A DNA stretch of 64,000 nt from Thermoplasmata archaeon. Lineage in GTDB: Archaea; Thermoplasmatota; SW-10-69-26; JACQPN01; JAJPHT01. The notes under the pieces are model-generated. The model worked only from the letters and a program-made list of their open reading frames with translations. It made no database searches and was not told the origin of the DNA. Both the position numbers and the translations under genes were made by a program. Positions 17,446 to 27,299 of this stretch are shown piece after piece. Within the stretch, counting starts at the first letter, position 1; the number at the start of each line of letters is the position of its first letter. The DNA lies in assembly GCA_034667685.1 (NCBI GenBank), contig JAXDQU010000124.1:1-64000 (forward strand), written 5' to 3'.

Positions 17446-17883
17446 ATGAGCAAGACCTGCGTCGCGTTGCTGGCAGACACCGCCCCCGCGATCCTGGACG
17501 TGATCCGCGACGGCGTGCGCGCCAGCCGCCGCAGCGACCTGACGCTCCCGCAGTTGCGCTGCATCGGCTACCTCGCGCGCCACGAGGGAGCCTCGCTGGC
17601 CGAGGTCGCCGAGCACGTGGGGCTCTCCTCGCCCGCGATGTCGCAGGTGGTCGACGGCCTCGTGGAGCGCAAGCTCGTGCGCCGCGCGCCGGCCGACGAG
17701 GATCGCCGCCGCGTGCGCCTCTCCGCCACGGCCGCGGGGCGCGCGCAGCTCGACGACGCGCGGGCCGGCGCGCACGCGCACCTCGCGCAGGTGGTCGCGC
17801 GCATGTCGCCCGCGGACGTCGCGAGGCTCGAAGAGGGGCTCGCGGCGCTGCGCGCGGCGCTCCTGCCGGAGGCGAGCGCGTGA
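17446..17883 (+). CDS. MarR-family regulator
   Basis: LTLPQLR, SQVVDGLVERKLV, DRRRV, TAAG. Confidence 0.9.
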   Translation: MSKTCVALLADTAPAILDVIRDGVRASRRSDLTLPQLRCIGYLARHEGASLAEVAEHVGLSSPAMSQVVDGLVERKLVRRAPADEDRRRVRLSATAAGRAQLDDARAGAHAHLAQVVARMSPADVARLEEGLAALRAALLPEASA

Positions 17884-19346
17884 AGGACAACTACCGCTGG
17901 ACGGCGCTCTCGGTCACGACCATCGGCGCGCTGCTGGCCAGCATCCAGTCGAGCGCGCTGATCATCGCGCTTCCCGACGTCATGACCGGCCTGGGCGCGA
18001 GCTTCCTCACCATCATGTGGGTGCTCCTGGGCTACCTCCTGGTCACGACGGCGCTCGTGCCCGTGGTGGGCCGCCTCGCTGACATGTTCGGGCGCAAGCA
18101 CCTCTACAACGCGGGCTTCGCCATCTTCACCGTCGCGTCGCTGCTCGCGGGCTTCGCGCGCCCCGACGCGCACGGCTGGGACCTCGTGGCCTATCGCCTG
18201 CTCCAGGGCGTGGGCGGCGCGCTGCTCATGGCCAACTCGACCGCGATCGTCACCGACGCGTTCCGCGGCAGCGGTCGCGTGGGGCTCGGCCTGGGCGTCA
18301 ACCAGATCGCGGGCGCGGCCGGCTTCCTGCTGGGCCCCGTCATCGGCGGCGCGCTCACCGCGGTGGGCTGGCGCTGGGTCTTCTGGTTCAACGTCCCCAT
18401 CGGCCTCTTCGGCACGCTCTGGGGCATGTGGCGGCTCCGCCAGACCGTGAAGGGCGAGACGCGACCCCAGTTCGACTGGGCCGGCAGCCTCCTCTTCGCC
18501 ATGGGGCTGGGCGCGTTCCTCATGGGGCTCTCGCTCGTGGCGTTCCCGCTGGTCGCCATGCCGATCGTCTACGGCCTCATCGTGGGCGGGCTCGTCCTGC
18601 TCGCCGCGTTCGTCCTCGTCGAGCGCCGGCAGAGGCACCCCATGATGGACCTCGGCATGTTCCGCGACCGCGTCTTCAGCGTCGCGAGCCTCAGCGCGCT
18701 CCTCAACTCGCTGGCGCGCGGCGCGGTGCTCTTCATCCTGATCTTCTTCCTCCAGGGGCCCTACGGCAAGGACCCGCTCGCGGCGGGCTTCCTCATGACG
18801 CCCTTCGGCGCCGCGTTCCTGCTCGTGGGCCCGCTCTCCGGCTGGCTCTCCGACAAGTGGGGCTCGCGCGCCCTCGCCACCGCGGGCCTCCTCGTCTCCG
18901 CCGTGGGCCTCTTCGGCCTCTCCACCGTGACGGAGCAGACGAGCTATCTCGCGCTCGCGTTCTGGATGGTGGTCATCGGCGGCGGCTCGGGGCTGTTCAA
19001 CTCGCCCAACATGAACAGCATCATGAGCCACGTGCGCCCCGACGAGCGCGGCATGGCGGCGGGCACCGCGACGATGCTGATGAACACGGGCCAGATGCTC
19101 TCGATCGCCGTCGCGTTCCCGCTCGTGCTATCCAAGATCCCGGAGCGGGTCATGATGAAGATCTTCCTCTTCGGCGGCGGGATGGGCGAGGCGCCCGACG
19201 CGCTCGCGGCGTTCGTCCACGGCATGCACGTCGCGTTCCTGCTCGCCGTGGGCATCACGCTCGTCGCGGCCGCCGTCTCGTGGTTCCGGCCGCATCATCG
19301 TCCGGGCGCGGCGCCCGCGAAGGACGCCGCGCCCGAGCGAGGATAG
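17880..19346 (+). CDS. MFS efflux transporter (DHA2, 14-TM type)
   Basis: GRLADMFGRK, RLLQGVGGA, WRWVFWFNVPIG; GTGA overlap with marR. Confidence 0.92.
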   Translation: MKDNYRWTALSVTTIGALLASIQSSALIIALPDVMTGLGASFLTIMWVLLGYLLVTTALVPVVGRLADMFGRKHLYNAGFAIFTVASLLAGFARPDAHGWDLVAYRLLQGVGGALLMANSTAIVTDAFRGSGRVGLGLGVNQIAGAAGFLLGPVIGGALTAVGWRWVFWFNVPIGLFGTLWGMWRLRQTVKGETRPQFDWAGSLLFAMGLGAFLMGLSLVAFPLVAMPIVYGLIVGGLVLLAAFVLVERRQRHPMMDLGMFRDRVFSVASLSALLNSLARGAVLFILIFFLQGPYGKDPLAAGFLMTPFGAAFLLVGPLSGWLSDKWGSRALATAGLLVSAVGLFGLSTVTEQTSYLALAFWMVVIGGGSGLFNSPNMNSIMSHVRPDERGMAAGTATMLMNTGQMLSIAVAFPLVLSKIPERVMMKIFLFGGGMGEAPDALAAFVHGMHVAFLLAVGITLVAAAVSWFRPHHRPGAAPAKDAAPERG

Positions 19347-19348
19347 GC

Positions 19349-21493
19349 TCACGAGCCGGCGTGCCCGCCGCTGCCTCCGTTGCCGCCGTAGTAGCCGGCG
19401 CCGGGGGCGCCGCCGGGGGCGCCGCAGCCGCCCGCCGCGGTGAACGTCGACGAGGAGCCGCTCGCGCCCGAGCCCATGCCGCCCGTGCCGCCCACGCCGC
19501 CGCGGGCCGTGCCCACCGCGCCGTGGTTGCCGCCGTTCCCGCCATTGCCGCCGTTGCCGCCGCGGTACGTCGTCGAGGACGCGTAGAGCCAGCCGCCCTG
19601 GCCCCCGACGCCGCCTTGTCCGCCGCAGCCGCCGTCGACGGTGCTGAGGAACGTGTCCGCGGAGTCGCTCTCGGCGCTGCCGCCGTTGCCGCCGAAACCA
19701 TTCTTCGAGGCGCCGCCGGCCCCGCCCGTCGCGCAGCCGCTCGCCGCGCCCGCGCCGCCGTTGCCGCCGAGGCCACCGTTGCCGCCGTTGCCGTAGTTGG
19801 ACCCGACCCAGCCGCCGTTGCCACCCACGCCGCCGTCGGCGCCGAAGCCGGAGATGCTCGTGGCCGAGCCGCCATCGCCGCCGGTCGCGTCGCGGCTCGT
19901 CCCGCCCGCGCCGCCCGTCGCGCACGCCGAGACGCCGGCCGCTCCGCCCACGCCGCCCGGCCCGCCAGCGCCCGCGCCATTGTTGACGCCGTTGTGGTAG
20001 TTGTCGCCGCCGACGCCGCCCGCGCCGCCGGACGCGCCGTCGCCGCCGTGGCTGTAGCCCCAGCCGCCCAGGCCGCCCTGGCCGGTGATGCCGGCGCCGC
20101 CCTTGCCGCCGGTGGCGGTCCCGCTGGAGCCGCCCGCGCCGCCCGCGCCTCCGGTGCCGCCCGCGCCACCCACGCCGGTGCCGCTGGTCCAACCGCCCGC
20201 GCCGCCTGCGCCGCCCGGAGCGCCGTTCCCGCCGTAGCTCGTGGCGTTGCCGCCCGGGCCGCCGCAGGCCGCGCCGTCGCCGCCCGCGCCGCCCACCGCG
20301 GCCGCTGCGTTGCCGCCCCGGCCGCCCGCGCCGCCGTTGCCTCCCTTGCCGCCGCTGCTGCTGCCGGCCGAGCCCGCGGTGGCCGCGGCGCCCGCCGCCC
20401 CCGCGGCGCCGTAGGCGGTCGCGAAGCCACCCTTGCCGCCGCAACCCGTGGTCGCCGTGCGGAAGCTGGGCACGCCCAGCCCCGGGTCTCCGGGCGTCCC
20501 GACCGCGAAGGCATCGCCGCCGTCGCTGCCCGAGCCGCCGTCGCTGCCATCGGCCGCGGGGAGCGCGTCCTCGCCGCAGGGCGCGCCGCAGGGCTGATCG
20601 CCCTGCACGACGACCTCGTCGACGTCCCACGGACCGGCGCCCGCGCACTGAAGGCCGGCGTAGTGGTTCGACTCGTGCCAGACCGTGGGTCCCACGGGGC
20701 TGACGTAGTAGTCGCCGACGCTGATGACCTCGCCGCACTCGTCGCTCGAGAGGGGCGCGACGGCCGCCTGCTGGTCCCACGCCGCGCCGACCACGCGGGA
20801 GGCGCGCACCGCGAGCAGCGAGGCGATGCCGCCCGCGCCCGCGACGCTGCCCCCCTCGCCCGTGGCGTCGAGCGTGCCGTGCGTGACGCTGTCGCCGCCC
20901 GCGCCCCCCGCGCCCAGGCGGAAGTTTCCCAGGAGCTGGGCTTCGGAGGCCGCGACGTACAGCACGCCCGCGGGACCGCCCTGGCCGCCCATGGCCGTGG
21001 GGCTCGCGCCCGTCGCGTCGGCCTTGCCGCCCGCGCCGCCCGCGCCCACCTGCACCAGCGCGCCCGGCGCGATGCGCACGACGCCGCTGGCGGGGTCGGC
21101 GAGGAGCACGAGGCTGCCCCCGGCGCCGCCCGCGCCCGCGACGGCCTTCTCCGCGCCCCGCGCGTCGCGCCCCGCGAGACCGTCGGCCAGCAGGACCGCG
21201 CCGTTGACCTCGATGCGGCCCGGCGCGCTCAACGTGAGGCTCGCCGGGTGGCCATCCGGCGCGCGGCCGCCCAGGATGGTCCCGTCGATCCGGATGGAGC
21301 CGGCCGCGCGGATCGTGGTGTCGTGGGCCAGCCTCAGCACCTCGCCCGGCGGAAGGAGGAAGTCGGTCGGAAGCGCCGTCGCGGAGAGCGCTGAGGATTC
21401 CGAGAGCGCCGGAAGGGAGCCAAGCAGGGCGATCGCGACGAGCGCGCCAAAGAGCTTGGAGATCTTGCTAACACGTGCGGGATTGGGAGCCAT
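19349..21493 (-). CDS. Secreted glycine-rich (PGRS-like GGxGGx) protein
   Basis: Signal peptide followed by extensive GGAGG/GGNGG repeats with scattered Cys. Confidence 0.8.
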   Translation of the reverse strand: MAPNPARVSKISKLFGALVAIALLGSLPALSESSALSATALPTDFLLPPGEVLRLAHDTTIRAAGSIRIDGTILGGRAPDGHPASLTLSAPGRIEVNGAVLLADGLAGRDARGAEKAVAGAGGAGGSLVLLADPASGVVRIAPGALVQVGAGGAGGKADATGASPTAMGGQGGPAGVLYVAASEAQLLGNFRLGAGGAGGDSVTHGTLDATGEGGSVAGAGGIASLLAVRASRVVGAAWDQQAAVAPLSSDECGEVISVGDYYVSPVGPTVWHESNHYAGLQCAGAGPWDVDEVVVQGDQPCGAPCGEDALPAADGSDGGSGSDGGDAFAVGTPGDPGLGVPSFRTATTGCGGKGGFATAYGAAGAAGAAATAGSAGSSSGGKGGNGGAGGRGGNAAAAVGGAGGDGAACGGPGGNATSYGGNGAPGGAGGAGGWTSGTGVGGAGGTGGAGGAGGSSGTATGGKGGAGITGQGGLGGWGYSHGGDGASGGAGGVGGDNYHNGVNNGAGAGGPGGVGGAAGVSACATGGAGGTSRDATGGDGGSATSISGFGADGGVGGNGGWVGSNYGNGGNGGLGGNGGAGAASGCATGGAGGASKNGFGGNGGSAESDSADTFLSTVDGGCGGQGGVGGQGGWLYASSTTYRGGNGGNGGNGGNHGAVGTARGGVGGTGGMGSGASGSSSTFTAAGGCGAPGGAPGAGYYGGNGGSGGHAGS

Positions 21494-21594
21494 TCTCACA
21501 CCCGCCGGCAACCAAGGGCCGGCGAAGCATCCCCTTTCTCTGCAGGTGGTTTCTCGACTGGAGGTCGCGCGTGAAGCCGGGACCGCCTGGCCAA

Positions 21595-21805
21595 GCTATA
21601 TGTACGCGCGGTGGGTTGCGCGGCCACCAGCCTGCACCCTTGCAGGATGCGGCCCACGGAGGCCGGGACGATTCCCGGGCGACCCGTGCGCCGACGGGCG
21701 ACCTTGGGAAGGTCGGGCGCGACGCGAGCGCGCGCCTATGCCTGCCACTCAGCGAGGGTATGGGTGCGAGCGCCTCGCGGCCCGCGAATCTGGAGGAAAC
21801 CTACC
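21595..21805 (+). promoter_or_regulatory. tuf promoter, long hairpin-rich 5' leader and SD
   Basis: CTATATGTA at about 21596; consecutive hairpins; GGAGG at 21792. Confidence 0.5.
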
Positions 21806-23071
21806 ATGGCTGACAAGCCCCACATGAACGTCGTGTTCATCGGACACGTCGACGCTGGCAAGTCCACGACCGTCGGTCGCATTCTTCTCGACACGGGCCA
21901 CATCGAAGCGCACGTGATCGAGAAGCTCAAGAAGGAAGCCGAAGAGAAGGGCAAGGCCACCTTCGAGTTCGCCTTCGTGATGGACAACCTCAAGGAGGAG
22001 CGCGAGCGCGGCGTCACGATCGACATCGCCCACAAGCGCTTCAACACGGACAAGTACTACTTCACGATCATCGACGCGCCCGGCCACCGGGACTTCGTGA
22101 AGAACATGATCACCGGCGCCTCCCAGGCCGACGCGGCCGTGCTCGTCGTGAGCGCGGTCTCCGGCATCGAGGCCCAGACGAAGGAGCACGTGTTCCTCTC
22201 GCGCACCCTCGGCGTCGAGCAGCTGATCGTCTACGTCAACAAGATGGACGCGATCAACTACGACCAGAAGAAGTTCGAGGCGCTCAAGGAGGAGCTCACG
22301 AAGCTCATCCGCATGGTCGGCTACAAGCCCGACAACGTGCCCGTCGTCCCCGGCTCGTCCTACAAGCAGGCCAACATCACCGTGGCCCACCCCGAGTTGA
22401 AGTGGTACAAGGGCCCGACCCTCCTCGACGCGCTCAACAACCTCAAGGAGCCCCAGAAGCCCACGAACCTCCCGCTCCGCCTCCCGGTGCAGGACGTCTA
22501 CTCGATCACCGGCATCGGCACCGTGCCGGTCGGCCGCGTCGAGACGGGCATCCTCAAGGTCAACGACACGCTGGTCTTCGAGCCCTCGGGCGTCACCGGC
22601 GAGTGCAAGACCATCGAGATGCACCACGAGACGCACGCCCAGGCGCTCCCCGGCGACAACGTCGGCTTCAACGTCCGTGGCATCGGCAAGAAGGACATCC
22701 GCCGCGGCGACGTGGCGGGCCGCCCCGACAACAAGCCCAAGGTCGCCAAGACCTTCATCGCGCAGGTCGCCGTCCTGCAGCACCCCTCCGTGATCGCCGC
22801 CGGCTACACGCCCGTGTTCCACATCCACACGGCGCAGGTCGCCTGTACCTTCGAGGAGCTGCAGAAGAAGCTCGACCCCAAGACGGGCCAGGTCAAGGAG
22901 GAGAACCCGCAGTTCCTCAAGACCGGAGACATCGCGATCGTGAAGATCCGCCCGAGCCGCCCGCTCTCCATCGAGCGCAGCAAGGACATCCCCCACATGT
23001 CCCGCTTCGCCATCCGCGACATGGGCACGACCGTCGCGGCCGGCCTGTGCCTCGACATCGAAGAGCGCTGA
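21806..23071 (+). CDS. tuf: Translation elongation factor EF-1alpha (archaeal)
   Basis: [51 protein letters not shown]. Confidence 0.98.
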   Translation: MADKPHMNVVFIGHVDAGKSTTVGRILLDTGHIEAHVIEKLKKEAEEKGKATFEFAFVMDNLKEERERGVTIDIAHKRFNTDKYYFTIIDAPGHRDFVKNMITGASQADAAVLVVSAVSGIEAQTKEHVFLSRTLGVEQLIVYVNKMDAINYDQKKFEALKEELTKLIRMVGYKPDNVPVVPGSSYKQANITVAHPELKWYKGPTLLDALNNLKEPQKPTNLPLRLPVQDVYSITGIGTVPVGRVETGILKVNDTLVFEPSGVTGECKTIEMHHETHAQALPGDNVGFNVRGIGKKDIRRGDVAGRPDNKPKVAKTFIAQVAVLQHPSVIAAGYTPVFHIHTAQVACTFEELQKKLDPKTGQVKEENPQFLKTGDIAIVKIRPSRPLSIERSKDIPHMSRFAIRDMGTTVAAGLCLDIEER

Positions 23072-23075
23072 GCCG

Positions 23076-23120
23076 TTTCCCCGGGGGCCCAGCGCCCCCA
23101 TTTTCTTTCATTTTCCTTCT
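23076..23120 (+). terminator. Hairpin plus T-rich terminator of tuf
   Basis: GGGGGC-CCAGC-GCCCCC followed by ATTTTCTTTCATTTTTCCTTCT. Confidence 0.75.
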
Positions 23121-23298
23121 GACGGCACAGCTTCGGCGCCCCGGCGCCGGCAGCCATGAGCGCGTGTTACGAAGGCTAACGCTTCACCGCCACCCGCAAG
23201 GATCCACGTCCCTTTGTCGTCCCTCCTCGCACCATCGCGGCGCTTGACACCTCGGTGGGGGACGGGCGCTTATCTCCATGCCAGGACTTTCCACCGCG

Positions 23299-23736
23299 AT
23301 GCTCCGCCGAATCGCCTGCGCGCTGCTCGTCGCCTCCTTCGGTCTCGCGTTTCTCGTCCCCGCCGACGCCGTGGGCGTGAGCGTCTACGTCGGGCAGGGT
23401 CCTGGGACGCTCACGACGGATTTCGGGCGTAACTGCGGCAACGTCACGGTGGCGCTCTCCATCCGCGCGATCGGAGCGCCGGAGGAGAACCGCTGGGAGT
23501 TCCGCGAGGTGGAGACCGACCCCACGTGCGTCGCGTCCCATTCCGAGTGGACCGCGACCGGTTCCCCCCAGGAGGGGTGGCACTTCGTCCGGGTGCAGCC
23601 CTGCACCACCATCGACACGACGGTGGGCCCGATCTCGGCGCACACGGCCTATGCGGACGCCATCGAGGATCGCTGCAACGGCGCGCCCACCCACCGCTAC
23701 GTGAACGCGACGCTCGACTTCGGGCCGTTCGTCTGA
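23299..23736 (+). CDS. Secreted hypothetical protein
   Basis: Signal peptide MLRRIACALLVASFGLAFLVPADA; four Cys in the mature part; CTTATCT box upstream. Confidence 0.7.
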   Translation: MLRRIACALLVASFGLAFLVPADAVGVSVYVGQGPGTLTTDFGRNCGNVTVALSIRAIGAPEENRWEFREVETDPTCVASHSEWTATGSPQEGWHFVRVQPCTTIDTTVGPISAHTAYADAIEDRCNGAPTHRYVNATLDFGPFV

Positions 23737-23801
23737 GCGCCAGAACGATAGCACCGAGCCCGAGCGGATCTCTCGGGCATCGTTTCTTTTCAGCCTGGTC
23801 C

Positions 23802-24311
23802 TCACACCGCAGGCTGCGCGCACTCGGCCCACCAGAGGAAGGCGCCGAGGCTCGCGCCGGCGGCCAGGTTCACGGTGCACGTGAAGGGCAGGCTGCCCAC
23901 GCCGAGGGTCCGGCCGAAGCAGACGTTGGCCGGGGCGGGGCCCGTCGTGCAGGAGGCGCTGGCCGAGCCGCCGCACGCGGCGGTCGTCGTGATCTGGCCG
24001 TTGGCGGCGTCGGTCATGCCGAACGCGAGCGGGTCGGCGCAGGTGGACGGGCCGGTGCAGGTGACGGTCAGCGTGTTGCTCGTGGGGGAGGGGAGCGTGG
24101 CGGGGCCGCAGGCGAGGCCGGCGGTCGCGATCACGAAGACGCCGACGCCGGGGACGTTCTGGATGCCCACGGCGCCCGCGCCCGGCACGGGAAGGCACTG
24201 CACCTGGACGACGGTGGGCAGGGGGCTGCAGTTCGCGGCGGCGCCGACGGGCTGGAAGGAGACGGCGAGGGCGGCGACGAGGACGAACGCGACGAGCAGG
24301 GTTGCACGCAT
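23802..24311 (-). CDS. Secreted Cys-rich hypothetical protein
   Basis: Signal peptide MRATLLVAFVLVAALAVSFQPVGA; ten Cys. Confidence 0.7.
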   Translation of the reverse strand: MRATLLVAFVLVAALAVSFQPVGAAANCSPLPTVVQVQCLPVPGAGAVGIQNVPGVGVFVIATAGLACGPATLPSPTSNTLTVTCTGPSTCADPLAFGMTDAANGQITTTAACGGSASASCTTGPAPANVCFGRTLGVGSLPFTCTVNLAAGASLGAFLWWAECAQPAV

Positions 24312-24490
24312 GGCGCTGCCTGCCATGGGCGCCTGGGCCATCCCGGCTCTGGTCGCTTCCTTGGAACGTGGATGCGCTCCGCCAAGGTCATCCTCATCTG
24401 GCCATCTGGGTAGGTGGCCTCGGGATCTTTTGGACTCGTCATCGCGCGCGCCGCAGACGACGGCCCCGCTTTTAGGGCCTTGCACGGATC

Positions 24491-25060
24491 CTACGCGTGC
24501 AGCGCGCCGTGGCGCGGGTGCCCGACGCGCGGATCGCTCACCTTCACGCGCAGCTTGGTGCGCTCCTCGATGACCTCGGCGCGGCCGTCGAGCTGGGAGG
24601 CGAACCCGTCGAGGAACGCCTTCACGAACGGCTTGGCGCTCGGCTCGGTGAGGATCAAGGCCCAGCTCCGGTCGCTCTCGGGGGCGAGGTAGAACCAGTT
24701 GGCCGATTCCATCACGCGCAGCATGTCCAGCATGTCGGCCATCCCCTTGTCGCGGTACTGGCGGCCGTGCTCCGCGCCGATCTCGCGCAGCCCCGTCCAG
24801 AAGGAGTCGGGCGAGCCGGCGAGCTGCTCGAAGAACAGGCGAACGTGCGCGACGTCGAGGATCACGTGCTCGCGGTTGGCGAGCAGCTCGGCCCACGTGC
24901 GCAGGTCGAAGTCGGTGGGCCGGTCGCGTCCGCGCTGCCGCTTGAGGTACATGCGGAGCGCGCGGCGCACGAGGTTCGCCTTCGAGTCGCCCCCGTTCCC
25001 GGCGAGCGAATCGAGCGCGCCGGCCAGGTCGTCGTCCAACGAGATGGTCAGGCGCTGCAT
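24491..25060 (-). CDS. CopG/ribbon-helix-helix regulator with C-terminal putative effector domain
   Basis: MQRLTISLDDDL...SKANLVRRAL. Confidence 0.85.
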   Translation of the reverse strand: MQRLTISLDDDLAGALDSLAGNGGDSKANLVRRALRMYLKRQRGRDRPTDFDLRTWAELLANREHVILDVAHVRLFFEQLAGSPDSFWTGLREIGAEHGRQYRDKGMADMLDMLRVMESANWFYLAPESDRSWALILTEPSAKPFVKAFLDGFASQLDGRAEVIEERTKLRVKVSDPRVGHPRHGALHA

Positions 25061-25336
25061 GGCCGCTCCGAGGCGGCGCGCGGCGTCAACCTTCTGGCCG
25101 CTTCACCAGCGTTCACCACGCCGCACCGCGCCGCATCGCGGGCCGCCGCGCCGCATCGTCGCCTCCATGTCCCCGGCGCGCCTACAAAGGGTTGCGCTCG
25201 TGCGGTGTCTTCCCGCGGACTGCCTGGCCGTTCTTCACCTTCCGGCCGGGCCTCCTCCGCGGCGGGCGTCTCGCCATGCGCGGCCTTCGCCGCTCCGGGC
25301 GGGCCGCGCGGCGAGCGTTCCCTGCCGGCCACGTCC

Positions 25337-25462
25337 TCAGTGGGAATCGTTGGCCGTCCCCATGTCGTCGGCCTCCTCGCGCTCGGCGTCCTCCTCGTCG
25401 TGCTCCTTCTCGCGCTCCTCGTCGACCTCGGCGCCGGATCTCGAACGCACCCTGGGCGGCAT
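25337..25462 (-). CDS. Small acidic hypothetical protein (41 aa)
   Basis: MPPRVRSRSGAEVDEEREKEHDEEDAEREEADDMGTANDSH; GC3-typical codons. Confidence 0.45.
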   Translation of the reverse strand: MPPRVRSRSGAEVDEEREKEHDEEDAEREEADDMGTANDSH

Positions 25463-25523
25463 GATCGGGGGTTGCGCCCGGCGCCGGCTTCCCTGCTCTG
25501 ATCGGCGCGTCGATCGGCCGCGC

Positions 25524-25748
25524 TCAGCGCTGGCGCTTGGAACGGCGCGTCCAGCCGCCCTGCTGCTGCCGGACGTGCGAGTGCCGCGGCGCGGCCCCCT
25601 CGCGGGCCTCGTGGGCGGCGGGTCCCAGGCGATCGAGCCACTCGGCCTCATCGCCGACGGCCTTCTCGCCCCCCTCGATCGTGTCGCGCGCGCGGCGCTC
25701 CGCGAGGTCCGCGTCGTGCGTGGGCGGGTGGTTCCTCCGGCCCGGCAT
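25524..25748 (-). CDS. Small hydrophilic hypothetical protein
   Basis: ATG abuts the upstream stop (TGA-ATG). Confidence 0.5.
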   Translation of the reverse strand: MPGRRNHPPTHDADLAERRARDTIEGGEKAVGDEAEWLDRLGPAAHEAREGAAPRHSHVRQQQGGWTRRSKRQR

Positions 25749-26198
25749 TCAGATCCCGTCCCGGGCATCGCGCTGGGCGGCCCTCTGGGCGAGATCGTCG
25801 CGCGAGAGCGCGTCGGCGAGGTCGGATTCCGCGCGGTCGAGCCGGTGCGGATGGAGGTCCTCGCCGGAGTCGTGCGCGCCGCGCTCATCGAGGAAGCGGC
25901 TCGTCGCCTCGCGCGTGCTCATCGGCTTCGCCGGCGCTCCGAGCCCCAGCTTGCGGCGCCAGCGTCCGCGCCGTTCGCGGCGCCGGTCGCCTTGCGCGTG
26001 CGCGGCGCTCGCCGCGGCCTCGGTCCGCTCGGCGAGCATGAGGCGCATCCGCTCGACCTCCTCCGCGTCGAGGAGCGCCCGGTTCCGGGGCGCCTCCCGG
26101 AGCGCGGCCTGGGCGCGGGCGAGCGCCTCGCGGCTTTCCTCGACCTTCAGCCTGGCGTGGGCGATGCCTGCCGCTTCGCTGCTTGGAGTTGAACGCAT
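25749..26198 (-). CDS. Hydrophilic helical hypothetical protein
   Basis: Codon pattern; start uncertain. Confidence 0.5.
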   Translation of the reverse strand: MRSTPSSEAAGIAHARLKVEESREALARAQAALREAPRNRALLDAEEVERMRLMLAERTEAAASAAHAQGDRRRERRGRWRRKLGLGAPAKPMSTREATSRFLDERGAHDSGEDLHPHRLDRAESDLADALSRDDLAQRAAQRDARDGI

Positions 26199-26288
26199 GT
26201 CGACACCTGGCTAGCATAGGCCCGTCTATCGGGATATAGGCGCGCTTGCCACGGCGCTTATTCAAGGGATGCGCGCCTTCGCCGCGGC

Positions 26289-27260
26289 ATGGACCTCGGG
26301 AAGCTGCTGCGCAGCGCCGACGGCCGCGCCGCGCTCGACCTCGTGCGCCCGCCCACGCCCCCGGCCGAGACGGTGCCGCTCCTCGCGCCGCCGGCCCGCG
26401 CCAGCCCGGCCATCGCCGCGTCCGCCTTCGCGCACCTCCTGCGCGCCGAGGCCACGCGCCGCAACCCGGCCGCCACGCTTCGAACGCTCGCCGAGCCCGC
26501 CGACGCGCCCGCCCTCGACCCCGACGTCGCGCAGGCCGCCGAGCGGACGCTCGACGAGGCGCGCCGCGACTTCGCGCGCTACGTCGCGCTCCGCGAGCCC
26601 GACGCCACCCTGCGCGCCGCGATGGCCGCCCACGCGCTCCTGCTCGCGCGCCTCGACGCGCGCGACGCCCGCCTCGGCCAGCCCGAGGAGCCCGACGACG
26701 TCGCCGACCTCCTCGCCATGCTCGCGCTCGTCCCGTGGGACCAGATGGGCGGCGCCGCCGAGGCGGACCTGGGGGATGATATCATCCTCGACGGGCGGCT
26801 CGTCCTCCTGAAGACCTCGCGCCGCGCGCCGCCCGACGCGGACGCGATGCGCGAGCTCGTCGCGCGCCTCGTGCTGGTCCGCGTCGAACGCGACGTCCGC
26901 GAGGTCGCGATCTACGCCGCGCGCCACGGCCGCCTCTGGACCTGGCCCGCCGAGCCCATCGTCTCCCACCCCGCGTTCCCCCAGCTGGAGCGCTGGCTCC
27001 TCCGCCAGCGCGCGCCAGCCGGCCCCGCCAAGCCCCCCTCGTGGGCCCGCCAGCGCGCCTCGCCGGGTGTGGGCTCCGCGGCGATCCGGCGCGCAGGCAA
27101 GGCCGAGACGAAGAAGCCGCCACGCCCGCCACAGGACGCGCCCCAGGCAAGGTTCCGCGGCGAGCGCGAACCGGAGCCCGAGGAGCCGGCCCCGCCCCGG
27201 CGCGCGCCGCGTCCCGACTGGCGCAAGGGCTCCGCATGGCGGCGCGAGCGCGGGCGGTGA
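26289..27260 (+). CDS. Hypothetical protein, possible degenerate PD-(D/E)XK fold with basic disordered tail
   Basis: DDIILDGRLVLLKTS...EVAIYAARHGRLWTWP; CTTATTCAA box upstream. Confidence 0.65.
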   Translation: MDLGKLLRSADGRAALDLVRPPTPPAETVPLLAPPARASPAIAASAFAHLLRAEATRRNPAATLRTLAEPADAPALDPDVAQAAERTLDEARRDFARYVALREPDATLRAAMAAHALLLARLDARDARLGQPEEPDDVADLLAMLALVPWDQMGGAAEADLGDDIILDGRLVLLKTSRRAPPDADAMRELVARLVLVRVERDVREVAIYAARHGRLWTWPAEPIVSHPAFPQLERWLLRQRAPAGPAKPPSWARQRASPGVGSAAIRRAGKAETKKPPRPPQDAPQARFRGEREPEPEEPAPPRRAPRPDWRKGSAWRRERGR

Positions 27261-27299
27261 ACGGAACGGGCTATGCGTGAGCGCGACGCTGCCCGCGCG

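Noticed and set aside
19349-21493. Collagen or true PE-PGRS
   Set aside because: Pattern is GGx rather than Pro-rich Gly-X-Y, and there is no PE domain
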